In this document: piece after piece, positions 1 through 8,406 of the stretch
How positions within the stretch are numbered: position 1 is the stretch's first letter
Layout of the letters: every line of letters starts with the position of its first letter
DNA from: Sulfolobus acidocaldarius DSM 639
Lineage (GTDB): Archaea > Thermoproteota > Thermoprotei_A > Sulfolobales > Sulfolobaceae
Assembly (NCBI RefSeq): GCF_000012285.1
Contig: NC_007181.1
Span: forward strand, 930,001-962,000
Reading direction: 5' to 3'
DNA length: 32,000 nucleotides
Program-made: the position numbers and the translations under genes
Notes under the pieces: generated by a model
What the model saw: the letters and a program-made list of their open reading frames with translations, nothing else
What the model was told of the DNA's origin: nothing
Databases searched by the model: none

Positions 1-1616
1 AACTCCTCCTTCCTGAACTTACCAACACTAGTCTTAGGTATCTCATCAACAAAGACAATGTCATCTGGTAACTGCCACTTGGCAAACCTCTTCAAAAGAT
101 GCTCTCTTAATTCTCTTTTAACCTCGTCCTTAGGCAAATTCTCATAGTCTGACTTAAGCACTACAATAGCCAATGGTCTCTCACCCCACTTAGGGTGAGG
201 AACACCAACAACACTAGCCTCCCTAACATAAGGATGAGCCATCAAAAAGTTCTCCAAATCAATACTACTAATCCACTCACCACCACTCTTAATCACATCC
301 TTCAACCTATCAACAATCTTGATGTGGCTTAACTCGTCAATTACAGCTAAATCTTTACTTTTCCACCACCCATCACTAGTAAAAGACTCTGCACTCCTCG
401 GGTCATTATAGTACGACTTAGCGATCCATGGTCCCCTGATCCAGATCTCGCCTACACTCTTACCATCCCAAGGTAACTCTTCTCCGGATACAGGATCCAC
501 TAACTCAACCTCAACACCAAATGTTGGGTAGCCTTGACCCGCCTTTATACGTCTCTCCTCTGGAGGCAATTGCTCTAACTCAGGTTTAATTCCCCCTGCC
601 ACACCTGGTCCAGTCTCCGTCGCACCATAACCATTACCGGCTACCTCTATACCGTACTTAGCAAGTGCAGAAACTAAAGCAGGCGGTGCAGCTGCTCCCC
701 CTATTCCAACTACCAGCCCTTTTAAATCAGGCTTTGGATTCATGTTCTCAATTCTTCGGAGTAGTTCAAAGAATACAGTTGGGACTCCTCCTGTTCTCGT
801 AACTTTATGATTTAAAATGTGCTCGACCATGGAGTCAACAGTTGGTCTACCAGGAAATATCTGCTTACAACCAGTAATTGCACCAGCAAACTGAGTACCC
901 CAACCATGGACATGGAAAAATGGAACAACTGGAAGTAGTACATCTGAAATTTTTAACCGTCTTGAGGCATTTAATGCGTGAAGAACTATTGACCTATGGG
1001 AGTAAAATACACCCTTTGGTAAACCTGTAGTCCCGGTAGTAAATGCAGCTAGGGCTGAGCTCTTCTCGTCTACCTCATCAAATTTTCTGTTGGGTGAGCC
1101 GGACTTCACTAATTCTTCATAACCAAACGCATTCCTGATATTTGTCTTAATTTCCTCAAAAGGTTTATCACTCATGATAATAGTGTAGTCGAAATTATAC
1201 TCCTTAGATAGAGCCTCAGCCAATGGAAGTAATGAATCATCAACCAGAAGACCTTTTGGTTTGGTCAATTTTAAGATGTATAATAAGTCTGCAGGGTGGA
1301 GTCTGATGTTTAATTCCAGTAACACTGCTCCTAGAGACGGGACAGTGAAGAATGACTCAAAATACCTGTGATCGTTCCAACCCAATATACCTATAATATC
1401 ACCTGGATTTATCTTTAGTTCACTCTCTATTGAGTTGGTAAAACTGGAAACCCTTTCCAGTATTTTCCCGTAAGTTAGATTGTGAATCTTGCCGCCTAAA
1501 GACCTTCTGTCTGAAATTATTTCCCTTTCTCCGTGAACTTTTCCGGCATACTGAATTATTTTATGTATATTTAATTGCCAATCGTCATTTACAGTTGATG
1601 GTATCCCCTTTATCAT
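1..1616 (-). CDS. AMP-dependent acyl-CoA synthetase/ligase (FadD-like); 3' end runs off the window
   Basis: Absent from the ORF track because it is open at position 1. My minus-strand translation starts at ATG 1616-1614 (MIKGIPSTVNDDWQLNIHKIIQYAGKVHGEREII...). It contains the AMP-binding signature AFTTGTTGLPKGVFYSHRS (about 995-1055). It is still in frame at the window edge with ...FAKWQLPDDIVFVDEIPKTSVGKFRKEE, the typical C-terminal motif of adenylate-forming enzymes. Confidence 0.85.
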   Translation of the reverse strand, partial: MIKGIPSTVNDDWQLNIHKIIQYAGKVHGEREIISDRRSLGGKIHNLTYGKILERVSSFTNSIESELKINPGDIIGILGWNDHRYFESFFTVPSLGAVLLELNIRLHPADLLYILKLTKPKGLLVDDSLLPLAEALSKEYNFDYTIIMSDKPFEEIKTNIRNAFGYEELVKSGSPNRKFDEVDEKSSALAAFTTGTTGLPKGVFYSHRSIVLHALNASRRLKISDVLLPVVPFFHVHGWGTQFAGAITGCKQIFPGRPTVDSMVEHILNHKVTRTGGVPTVFFELLRRIENMNPKPDLKGLVVGIGGAAAPPALVSALAKYGIEVAGNGYGATETGPGVAGGIKPELEQLPPEERRIKAGQGYPTFGVEVELVDPVSGEELPWDGKSVGEIWIRGPWIAKSYYNDPRSAESFTSDGWWKSKDLAVIDELSHIKIVDRLKDVIKSGGEWISSIDLENFLMAHPYVREASVVGVPHPKWGERPLAIVVLKSDYENLPKDEVKRELREHLLKRFAKWQLPDDIVFVDEIPKTSVGKFRKEE

Positions 1617-2160
1617 AATAGAATATTTTAAACTTGATTATTAATAAATATTAAAGTTAAAAATTATCCGTTAGTTATTTACCTATAGCTTGAACTATTA
1701 TGAAATAAGTAACTAATTACTGCTCTCTTTAGAGTAAAGATCATTAGAAGATAATTGCAGTGACGAACAGGAAAAAGCTAACTATAATTAATTCTATTAC
1801 AGTTTCAGGGCTGTCTATTCATTTGAGATTCATTAAATAAGAATACAACACTGATCATAGCTATGAAAACTTTTCAACAATCATGATTTCAGACTCTTAT
1901 AAAACTATATTGATTATTGGTTCTACTATTCTAAAGTCAGCTTTCAAGCCGTAGATATATTTTGTGGTGAAAAATTTTCATGTTTAATTTGCACAATATT
2001 AAAATGTCGTAAAAGTTTTATTAAAAATTTTAAACATTTGATAAATGAAAGACAAACCTAGACTCAGAGAACTATTATGAATAGTCAAAAATGAGCTACT
2101 AAATATCTATCAGATATTACGTACTTCTATCTTTTTACATTAAATGTGAAATTTACATTT

Positions 2161-2190
2161 TTCGTTAACGAAATAATTCGTTATACGAAT
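2161..2190. promoter_or_regulatory. Two adjacent palindromes sharing the half-site TTCGT/ACGAA (candidate operator)
   Basis: TTCGTTAACGAA (2161-2172) is a perfect 12-bp palindrome. ATTCG-TTATA-CGAAT follows at 2176-2190. That gives four copies of the same 5-nt half-site within 30 bp, about 100-130 bp upstream of the permease start. Confidence 0.3.
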
Positions 2191-2267
2191 TTTATTTAAG
2201 AAAGGAAAAGTTTAATATTTAAAAAATAATGTATATATACTTCAACGTTATTGTTAAACCTATAATA

Positions 2268-2275
2268 TTTTTAAA
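2268..2275 (+). promoter_or_regulatory. TATA-box-like element (TTTTTAAA) for the permease gene
   Basis: Matches the Sulfolobales TATA consensus. It is centred 21-27 nt upstream of the two candidate ATGs (2292, 2298), which fits a leaderless transcript. Confidence 0.35.
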
Positions 2276-2291
2276 TTAGAAACTTTATATT

Positions 2292-4181
2292 ATGTTTATG
2301 GGATCTAAAAATCAAAGATCAAGCAGTGGAGTAAAAGATTTAGGGACGGAGTCAGATTTAAAGCTTAAAAAATCCCTAGGTAGATTTGAGTTATTGTTTT
2401 TATCGCTGGGTGGAGTTATAGGTTCAGGATGGTTATTTGGTGCATTATATACTGCTGGTTATGCTGGTGGCGCAGGGATTTTATCGTGGCTAATAGGTGG
2501 AATATTAGTTATATTTGTGGGTTTAGTATATGCTGAGCTAGGCTCTGCCATACCAAAGTCAGGAGGTATTGTAAGGTATCCTCATTACAGTCATGGAGGA
2601 ATAGTGGGATTTATAATGATATGGGCATATTTCCTGTCCGCAGCTTCTGCTCCAGCCATAGAGGCTTCTGCAACAGTTACATATTTGAGCTATTTCATAC
2701 ACAGTTTGACCACTAATGGAACATTTACAGGTCAATTAACACTTGAAGGTATTGGCTTAGCTTATTTCCTTCTAATACTATTCTTCTTCCTAAATTATGC
2801 GGGAGTTAACATTCTAGGCAAAGTCACACACGCTGCAGGGTGGTGGAAACTGATAATTCCCTCTGTGACAGTTATTTTAGCCCTAGCGTTTCTAAACCAT
2901 CCAGCTAATTACACTGCAGGAGGAGGATTTTTCCCCTCATCTACTTACTTATCCGCTGGGTTATCCGGCTTTTCAGCAGTCCTTTTCGCAATACCTACAT
3001 CTGGAGTGGTATTTTCATACCTAGGATTTAGACAAGCTGTTGAATACGGTGGCGAAGGAAAGAATCCTAGGAAAGATATTCCATTTGCAGTAATAGGTTC
3101 TCTATTAATAGCTATAGTTTTGTATACATTACTCCAAGTAGCGTTTACAGGAGGGGTAAATTGGTCAGCTGCAGGAGTAAAAGTAGGTAATTGGACTGGT
3201 TTAACCAGTAGTGGAATGGTTAATGGTCCGTTCTTATTTATGTTCGAGAATTCAGGGCTAGTTGGTCCTATAGCAGGGCTATTTAGTGTGTGGGCTCTTA
3301 TACTTCTGATAGATGCAGTTATATCTCCAGCTGGTACTGGATGGATATATGTAGGAACTTCTACTAGAACTATATATGGTTTTGCTACTAATGGTTACTT
3401 GCCTTCACTGTTTCTTAAAATAGGTAAAACAGGTGTTCCAGTTTTCTCGCTAATAGCTTCGTTATTGATAGGCATGCTATTCTTATTACCTTTTCCAGCA
3501 TGGATAGCTTTAGTTGGTTTCATATCGTTGGCGACAGTATTTACATGCATAATGGGTGGCATTGGCTTACACACTTTAAGGAATGTAGCGCCAGATTTAC
3601 CTAGAAGGTATAAGGTCCCAGCTTACAAAATAATTGCTCCGATAGCTACATTAGTAGCGGGGCTAATAGTATATTGGGCTGGATTTTCGACGTTATTCTA
3701 TGTGGTCACTGCAATATTTCTAGGCTTGCCAATATTTTTTGGGTATTATGCATATAAAATATTCAAACTGGACAAAAGAATGGCGGCAATCTTAGGAGCC
3801 ATAGACCTGGGTATAGCATTAGCCTCAGCATTTTCCTTAGATATTGCTACCTCTGGTCTCTCAACTGCAAACAACATTGCGTTTGGACTTTATATGGGAA
3901 TTATGATAGCACTAGTTGTAATCAATATTCTGGTATTATGGGATAGTGTTAGTCAGGATGTGAGAAAAGAGATCAAAGCTAGTTATTGGCTCATTGCCCT
4001 AATATTCATAGTAATGACTATCTCATATTTTGGAGGGTTTGGACTTGACGCTATCATACCATTCCCTGAAGATACCATTGTGGCTGCCATAATTATACTG
4101 ATATTCCACTTCTTAGCAGTTAGAAGTGGATTAAGAACAGAAGCTATCGAAGAAATCATAAGTACAACTAAGGACTTATGA
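2292..4181 (+). CDS. APC-superfamily amino acid permease (629 aa, polytopic membrane protein)
   Basis: Long ORF. The N-terminal motif LGRFELLFLSLGGVIGSGWLFG...AGGAGILSWLIGGILVIFVGLVYAELGSAIPKSGGIVRY is the classic TM1-TM3 region of amino-acid/polyamine/organocation transporters. Hydrophobic helices continue throughout, with extra C-terminal helices. Confidence 0.85.
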   Translation: MFMGSKNQRSSSGVKDLGTESDLKLKKSLGRFELLFLSLGGVIGSGWLFGALYTAGYAGGAGILSWLIGGILVIFVGLVYAELGSAIPKSGGIVRYPHYSHGGIVGFIMIWAYFLSAASAPAIEASATVTYLSYFIHSLTTNGTFTGQLTLEGIGLAYFLLILFFFLNYAGVNILGKVTHAAGWWKLIIPSVTVILALAFLNHPANYTAGGGFFPSSTYLSAGLSGFSAVLFAIPTSGVVFSYLGFRQAVEYGGEGKNPRKDIPFAVIGSLLIAIVLYTLLQVAFTGGVNWSAAGVKVGNWTGLTSSGMVNGPFLFMFENSGLVGPIAGLFSVWALILLIDAVISPAGTGWIYVGTSTRTIYGFATNGYLPSLFLKIGKTGVPVFSLIASLLIGMLFLLPFPAWIALVGFISLATVFTCIMGGIGLHTLRNVAPDLPRRYKVPAYKIIAPIATLVAGLIVYWAGFSTLFYVVTAIFLGLPIFFGYYAYKIFKLDKRMAAILGAIDLGIALASAFSLDIATSGLSTANNIAFGLYMGIMIALVVINILVLWDSVSQDVRKEIKASYWLIALIFIVMTISYFGGFGLDAIIPFPEDTIVAAIIILIFHFLAVRSGLRTEAIEEIISTTKDL

Positions 4182-4583
4182 AGACATAAACCTGATATAG
4201 TATTTTTTACACAGCTCTATGTAATTCTTTTTTCCTACATTCTATCAAGGAGTCTGAAAGTGATTATAATAATATCTGACAATTATTGACAAATTTTGAA
4301 CCATGAACTATCTTATAAAGTATTTACTGTAGCAAATTTCGGGGAATATAATTTTTCCTCTACAAGATGTTTTTAAAGAATTTGAGAACCTAAAGTTCTC
4401 TATATGCTTAACGTTGCCTTAAAACTAATCATTATTTGAATAACTTTTTGCCGTCATGTAGAAGTCTTATTTGGTATTAAAGATCAGTCTTATAAAATTC
4501 TCACAGTCTACAATATTTTAAACTGAGATTGAATTCTGAAGATTAAAGGACTTCATAAGATTCCTACTATCCCTAACAGATTT

Positions 4584-4592
4584 CTTTATTAA
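4584..4592 (+). promoter_or_regulatory. TATA-box-like element (CTTTATTAA) for the HerA-like/NurA-like operon
   Basis: Centred about 29 nt upstream of ATG 4617. No SD precedes that ATG, which is consistent with a leaderless first gene. Confidence 0.35.
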
Positions 4593-4616
4593 TGTGTCCT
4601 TACATCTTATAGTATT

Positions 4617-6272
4617 ATGATGGATAGTTTAAGATCCTTAATATCAAAAGCTGATGAGAAAGCGGTAAATTTATCTTCTGATGGCAAAATCATCGGGAGG
4701 GTAACTCGTTTCTCGCATGTGAAAATTGCTGAAGAGCCAGCAATAGCCATAGACATTCCATTTGAGAACTATCTTGAAAAACCTATAGAGAGAGGAGAGT
4801 TTATCGGTATAGTATCAATAATACCAGGGTCAGTTGTTCTTGGAGCAGTAGATCAGATTGCAAGGGCTGATGCACTAGCTAGTTTAGGTATAAGGACAGT
4901 GAGATATTCTGAAGATCCATCAACAATGATAACACCAACCACTATAATATTTTCCCCATTGGGAGAGATAAAGAGTAACGGACAGATATCTCCGAATGTC
5001 TCTGCGATAGATCCACAGTCACCAGTGTTTTTACCTAAGCCTGACCTCATAGAAAAAGTGATAAACATACCCAGCGAAGGGCTAGAAGTAGGTGAGGTGA
5101 CTACTTTTTCAAGACAGACTGACGTAAGGCTGAGACTTGAGGAAAACATATTGAGGAGTCACGTTTTACTGATAGGTACCACTGGCTCAGGTAAGACCAC
5201 ATTTCTGAAGACTATTTTCTTCAGTAATTACAAAAACAAGAAGAGCACGATAGTCTTAGATAGACAAGGAGACTTTGTGAGATTTTTAATAAAGCAGTTC
5301 AAAGAGGGAACAGTGATAGTTCCTCTTACCGTTAAGGCTATGGAGGAATATGGGAGTTTCGAAAATTTGGTTCAGGATAGATATTGTGGTGAGAATACCT
5401 GGCAGGGAGATGATAACTCAATAGTTTGTGAACCTGAACAGGGTAGATTAATAAGTTTCTACCCATTCTCGTTAAGGTTTAAGGACATATTTAGACAATT
5501 GCCCGATTCCTTTCCTTACCTTAGCGACTATGCCAGAGCCTCATGGAGCTCAGTAGTTAGAGCATGTGAAAAATTAACTGAAGTGAGTTCCACATCTCCC
5601 TCGTTTTATAAGATGCTAGAAAGTTGTCTAGGAAGAGCAAATATTAATACCCAGACTTCAGGAAACATCCAAAGGAGTTTATCAGCTTTAATAGAATACG
5701 GAATCCTTGACATACCGAATACAATAACTGGAAGTGAATTAATTGATTTACTAAAAAGCTCACAAAACGTGGTTATAGACCTGTCAATAGTATTAGAAAC
5801 GTTATTTTTGGTGGAGCCGATAAGTGTAATATCGTACAATATCCTGGACATAATCTACAATTATAAGGACAAGATGTATAAAATGAGAAAGAAGGGTGTA
5901 AATGATTCAAATGATATACCACAAACACTCCTTCTAATTGACGAGGCACATGAAATGTTTCCTCAGATATCACAGGAAGTGTCTAAAGCTACTGTTGAAA
6001 AACTAATAAACAAGATACTGAGATTCGGTAGGCAAAGGAACCTAGGAGTAATCCTGGCTACTCATAGTCCTAAAGATTTGAACTCTTTAGTAATTCAACA
6101 GACAAACACTAAATTTATATTTAGAAATGATAGGACAGTTCTTAGGGATTTAGGATTAACAGAGTTTACTGATCTTCTTGAAAGTGCTCCCGCAGGCTAT
6201 TGCTTGGTTAAATCCAGTTTCTTTAACTCGTCATCATTCTTCGCAAAGGTGTATGTACTTGAGGTTAAATGA
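4617..6272 (+). CDS. HerA/FtsK-superfamily ATPase (DUF87/HerA-like, with an N-terminal HAS-barrel-like region)
   Basis: Walker A is LLIGTTGSGKTTFLKTI and Walker B is TLLLIDEAHEMFPQ. The HerA-type C-terminal block is RFGRQRNLGVILATHSPKDLNSLVIQQTNTKFIFR. The N-terminal roughly 170 aa (GRVTRFSHVKI...GEFIGIVS...VVLGAVDQI) resemble the HAS barrel that precedes the ATPase core in HerA. Confidence 0.8.
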   Translation: MMDSLRSLISKADEKAVNLSSDGKIIGRVTRFSHVKIAEEPAIAIDIPFENYLEKPIERGEFIGIVSIIPGSVVLGAVDQIARADALASLGIRTVRYSEDPSTMITPTTIIFSPLGEIKSNGQISPNVSAIDPQSPVFLPKPDLIEKVINIPSEGLEVGEVTTFSRQTDVRLRLEENILRSHVLLIGTTGSGKTTFLKTIFFSNYKNKKSTIVLDRQGDFVRFLIKQFKEGTVIVPLTVKAMEEYGSFENLVQDRYCGENTWQGDDNSIVCEPEQGRLISFYPFSLRFKDIFRQLPDSFPYLSDYARASWSSVVRACEKLTEVSSTSPSFYKMLESCLGRANINTQTSGNIQRSLSALIEYGILDIPNTITGSELIDLLKSSQNVVIDLSIVLETLFLVEPISVISYNILDIIYNYKDKMYKMRKKGVNDSNDIPQTLLLIDEAHEMFPQISQEVSKATVEKLINKILRFGRQRNLGVILATHSPKDLNSLVIQQTNTKFIFRNDRTVLRDLGLTEFTDLLESAPAGYCLVKSSFFNSSSFFAKVYVLEVK

Positions 6273-7491
6273 GGTACAGAAGGAGTTGAGAAAATTAGGG
6301 GAGAAAACCAGACAGAGCGTGAGGAATCTAACTATTCCCTCCCCTCAAAAAACTCAAGTCCCAGGGGAAGAGAGATTTATCATAAATACTCTCCCCGAAT
6401 TTAAGATAGATAAAATAAATATATCCTCATTCCAAAGTGTAAACTTCTCCTCCATTGCCTCTCTGGATACATCAAGCAAACTGCTTAGGTCAACATTTTT
6501 ACACATAGGAATTACAGGTGGTGCAATTAAATCTGAAAGAAACGGTGTATTATATCACCCACTAAATATTCAAGATAAATTCATTTTCCCAATAACTTAC
6601 CTTGATGTTTCCAGGAATTTGGTTGAGGAAAATCTCCAGATGGTCGAGTTGAAAAACGTGATGGGATTTGAATACGCTATAGACGAGGTATTATATGAGG
6701 ACGGAAATGTGAATACATTATACGACGTGGAGGACATGTTAGACGAGGCTAGGCTTTATACGGAAAATCAACTCATGAAGACTATTCAAGATGATTTATT
6801 GATCGTAGATGGACCCATATATCCCACACCTGTTGAGTTAATGCCAACATTCTTTTCCTCCTTCCCTAAGCAAAAAGATGAGATTAAACACTGGGGTAAG
6901 GCAACCCATAGATGGTCTATGGCAAAACTAATCAAGGATAGGATAAGCGTTCTGGAGAACAGAAAGGCTGTAGGAGTCGTCAAGAGACTCGAGAACTCGA
7001 GAAAACTAAATAAGATTTTTCCTGATATGGGTAGATTAACTGACATAGAGGTTCTAGATCTGTTATCAGAGAGACAATGCTCAAATGTAATTTATCCTGA
7101 AATCTGTGTTATTGGTCCATTTAAGTTGACCACTAAGGTAAGTGTTACAAGAGAAGATAGCGGGAACGTCATTTTAAGTGAAAACGAATTGAAAGATAGA
7201 TATGCATACTATGTCATACTTAAACTCTATGGATTTACCAGGAGCTTCTTTAGGATAGAGTCGTTTGACTTGAACGTATTAAATGACTCAATTCCCGTAG
7301 TGTTCGGTAATGTCTCCTACTCTTCATTACCTGTATGGATAGATGAAGTGGATAGGAGAGCAAAAGAGGTTGTTAGAGCGTTATTTTACCTTTCTTTTGA
7401 GGAGTTGAATGACATTCTCTCTTTCCTCCATGATACTAAATTGGAGGCAATAGAAATAGGTAAGACCTTAAGCACTAATGTACCTGAATGA
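6253..7491 (+). CDS. NurA-like nuclease (diverged; RNase-H-like fold predicted)
   Basis: The ORF track opens at 6178. The first ATG is 6253, overlapping the upstream TGA (6270-6272) by 20 nt, but the exact start is uncertain. The motif order matches NurA: IASLDTSS (first acidic site), LLIVDGPIYPTP (DG[SP] site), AVGVVKRLENSRKL, and YYVILKL...FFRIES. Confidence 0.55.
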   Translation: MYLRLNEVQKELRKLGEKTRQSVRNLTIPSPQKTQVPGEERFIINTLPEFKIDKINISSFQSVNFSSIASLDTSSKLLRSTFLHIGITGGAIKSERNGVLYHPLNIQDKFIFPITYLDVSRNLVEENLQMVELKNVMGFEYAIDEVLYEDGNVNTLYDVEDMLDEARLYTENQLMKTIQDDLLIVDGPIYPTPVELMPTFFSSFPKQKDEIKHWGKATHRWSMAKLIKDRISVLENRKAVGVVKRLENSRKLNKIFPDMGRLTDIEVLDLLSERQCSNVIYPEICVIGPFKLTTKVSVTREDSGNVILSENELKDRYAYYVILKLYGFTRSFFRIESFDLNVLNDSIPVVFGNVSYSSLPVWIDEVDRRAKEVVRALFYLSFEELNDILSFLHDTKLEAIEIGKTLSTNVPE

Positions 7492-7493
7492 CG

Positions 7494-7510
7494 AGACAAA
7501 AGTGTCTTTT
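7494..7510 (+). terminator. Hairpin + T-tract directly after the NurA-like stop
   Basis: AGACA-AAAG-TGTCT followed by TTT, beginning 3 nt after TGA 7489-7491. Confidence 0.35.
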
Positions 7511-7766
7511 GAAACTAGGTTAAGTGACCATATGAATTATATTAAATTCCCTTACCGCATTTCAGCCTCTTTGAAACTTACGACTATGACTCTTCATTTA
7601 TAGTATTATGTGTAAAGGCTTAAAGAGGTTTTTAAAACAGTTAAAATCCACTTGGGCACTTAGGAAGAGAATACAATTTTGTTTACCTGTTTTGGAAATC
7701 TTCTATTCTATGAAGGAGAATTTTTGAGATACAGCCTTTAAGGTATTACTGTATAATTTATTAACT

Positions 7767-8138
7767 ATGATGGTACTTGAGAGCTCTCATACATCTCGTC
7801 TGATTGATACATCTCGTCTGATTGACTGCCTCAGGCTCAATTACCCTAAAGAAGTAGCCCACGCTATAGCCTTCCTTATGTCTGTAAGAAATCATGAAAT
7901 AGATCTTTCCGGATTCGAGCCAACTAGAGATTCAGTAGAGTATGTTAACTACGTTAAGGCTAAGAATGGTGGAACAATTAATTCTTCTGAATGTGGCAAA
8001 ATAAAGTTAGAATATAAGGAGGACGTTATCAAGAGTACTGCTAAAAAGTTAAGATATAATTTAGCTGGTGACGGAGTGAAGTTTACTGATGAAGAGAAGA
8101 AGCTCCTGAATGAATTAGGGATAAGATATAATGTGTAG
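7767..8138 (+). CDS. Hypothetical small protein (123 aa), no recognisable domain
   Basis: Intact ORF in an otherwise non-coding 900-bp interval. It has charged, non-repetitive composition after the N-terminus and contains the duplicated hexapeptide TSRLID. Confidence 0.45.
   Translation: MMVLESSHTSRLIDTSRLIDCLRLNYPKEVAHAIAFLMSVRNHEIDLSGFEPTRDSVEYVNYVKAKNGGTINSSECGKIKLEYKEDVIKSTAKKLRYNLAGDGVKFTDEEKKLLNELGIRYNV
7791..7826 (+). repeat. 18-bp in-frame tandem duplication (2 copies, 17/18 identical)
   Basis: ACATCTCGTCTGATTGAT (7791-7808) is immediately followed by ACATCTCGTCTGATTGAC (7809-7826). This encodes TSRLID twice. Confidence 0.9.
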
Positions 8139-8375
8139 CTTAAGGACGTACTGTCTCTATTAATGTTGAAATTTTATCCTTTGAAGAGATCTTTTAAAGT
8201 TTAATATATCCTAAAATTATTTTTCCATCTCTTTTATGACAATAGGAGAATTCAGGTTTTACACAGTGTATTAATTTAACTGTTTATCATTTTCCCGGGG
8301 GACTTAAAAGCAGAATAAACAATTCATTTAATATATAGTTTCTATAGATTATATAATTACTTTTTGAGAATAAAA

Positions 8376-8383
8376 CTTTAAAT
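8376..8383 (+). promoter_or_regulatory. TATA-box-like element (CTTTAAAT) for the phosphoesterase gene
   Basis: Centred about 27 nt upstream of ATG 8407. Confidence 0.35.
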
Positions 8384-8406
8384 GTATTACATGAGTCCAT
8401 TAGTAC

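Noticed and set aside
1617-2291. Possible hidden gene or RNA in the 675-bp spacer between the acyl-CoA synthetase and permease genes
   Set aside because: All six frames are broken by frequent stops, and there are no GC-rich tRNA-like stems or repeat arrays. Only short AT-rich inverted repeats occur, such as TCTTTA-GAG-TAAAGA near 1726-1740, which are expected by chance. The exception is the CG-containing twin palindromes, reported separately.
6178-6252. Upstream extension of the NurA-like ORF to 6178 as given in the ORF track
   Set aside because: Position 6178 is a non-ATG start 95 nt inside the HerA-like gene. The first ATG (6253) gives the short overlap usual for coupled genes. The exact start remains uncertain.
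4853-7046. Minus-strand ORFs 4853-5149, 5606-5851, 5773-5973 and 6786-7046 inside the HerA-like/NurA-like genes
   Set aside because: They are fully antisense to ORFs with clear ATPase and nuclease motifs. Their translations are low-complexity (S/L/I-rich) with no motifs. Such shadow ORFs are typical of AT-rich coding DNA.
7598-7610. 13-mer TTATAGTATTATG shared with the HerA-like start region (4607-4619), and the 39-codon ORF it would initiate (7608-7727)
   Set aside because: By a rough composition estimate, tens of exact 13-mer repeats are expected by chance in 32 kb of about 35% GC DNA. The small ORF has no supporting features.
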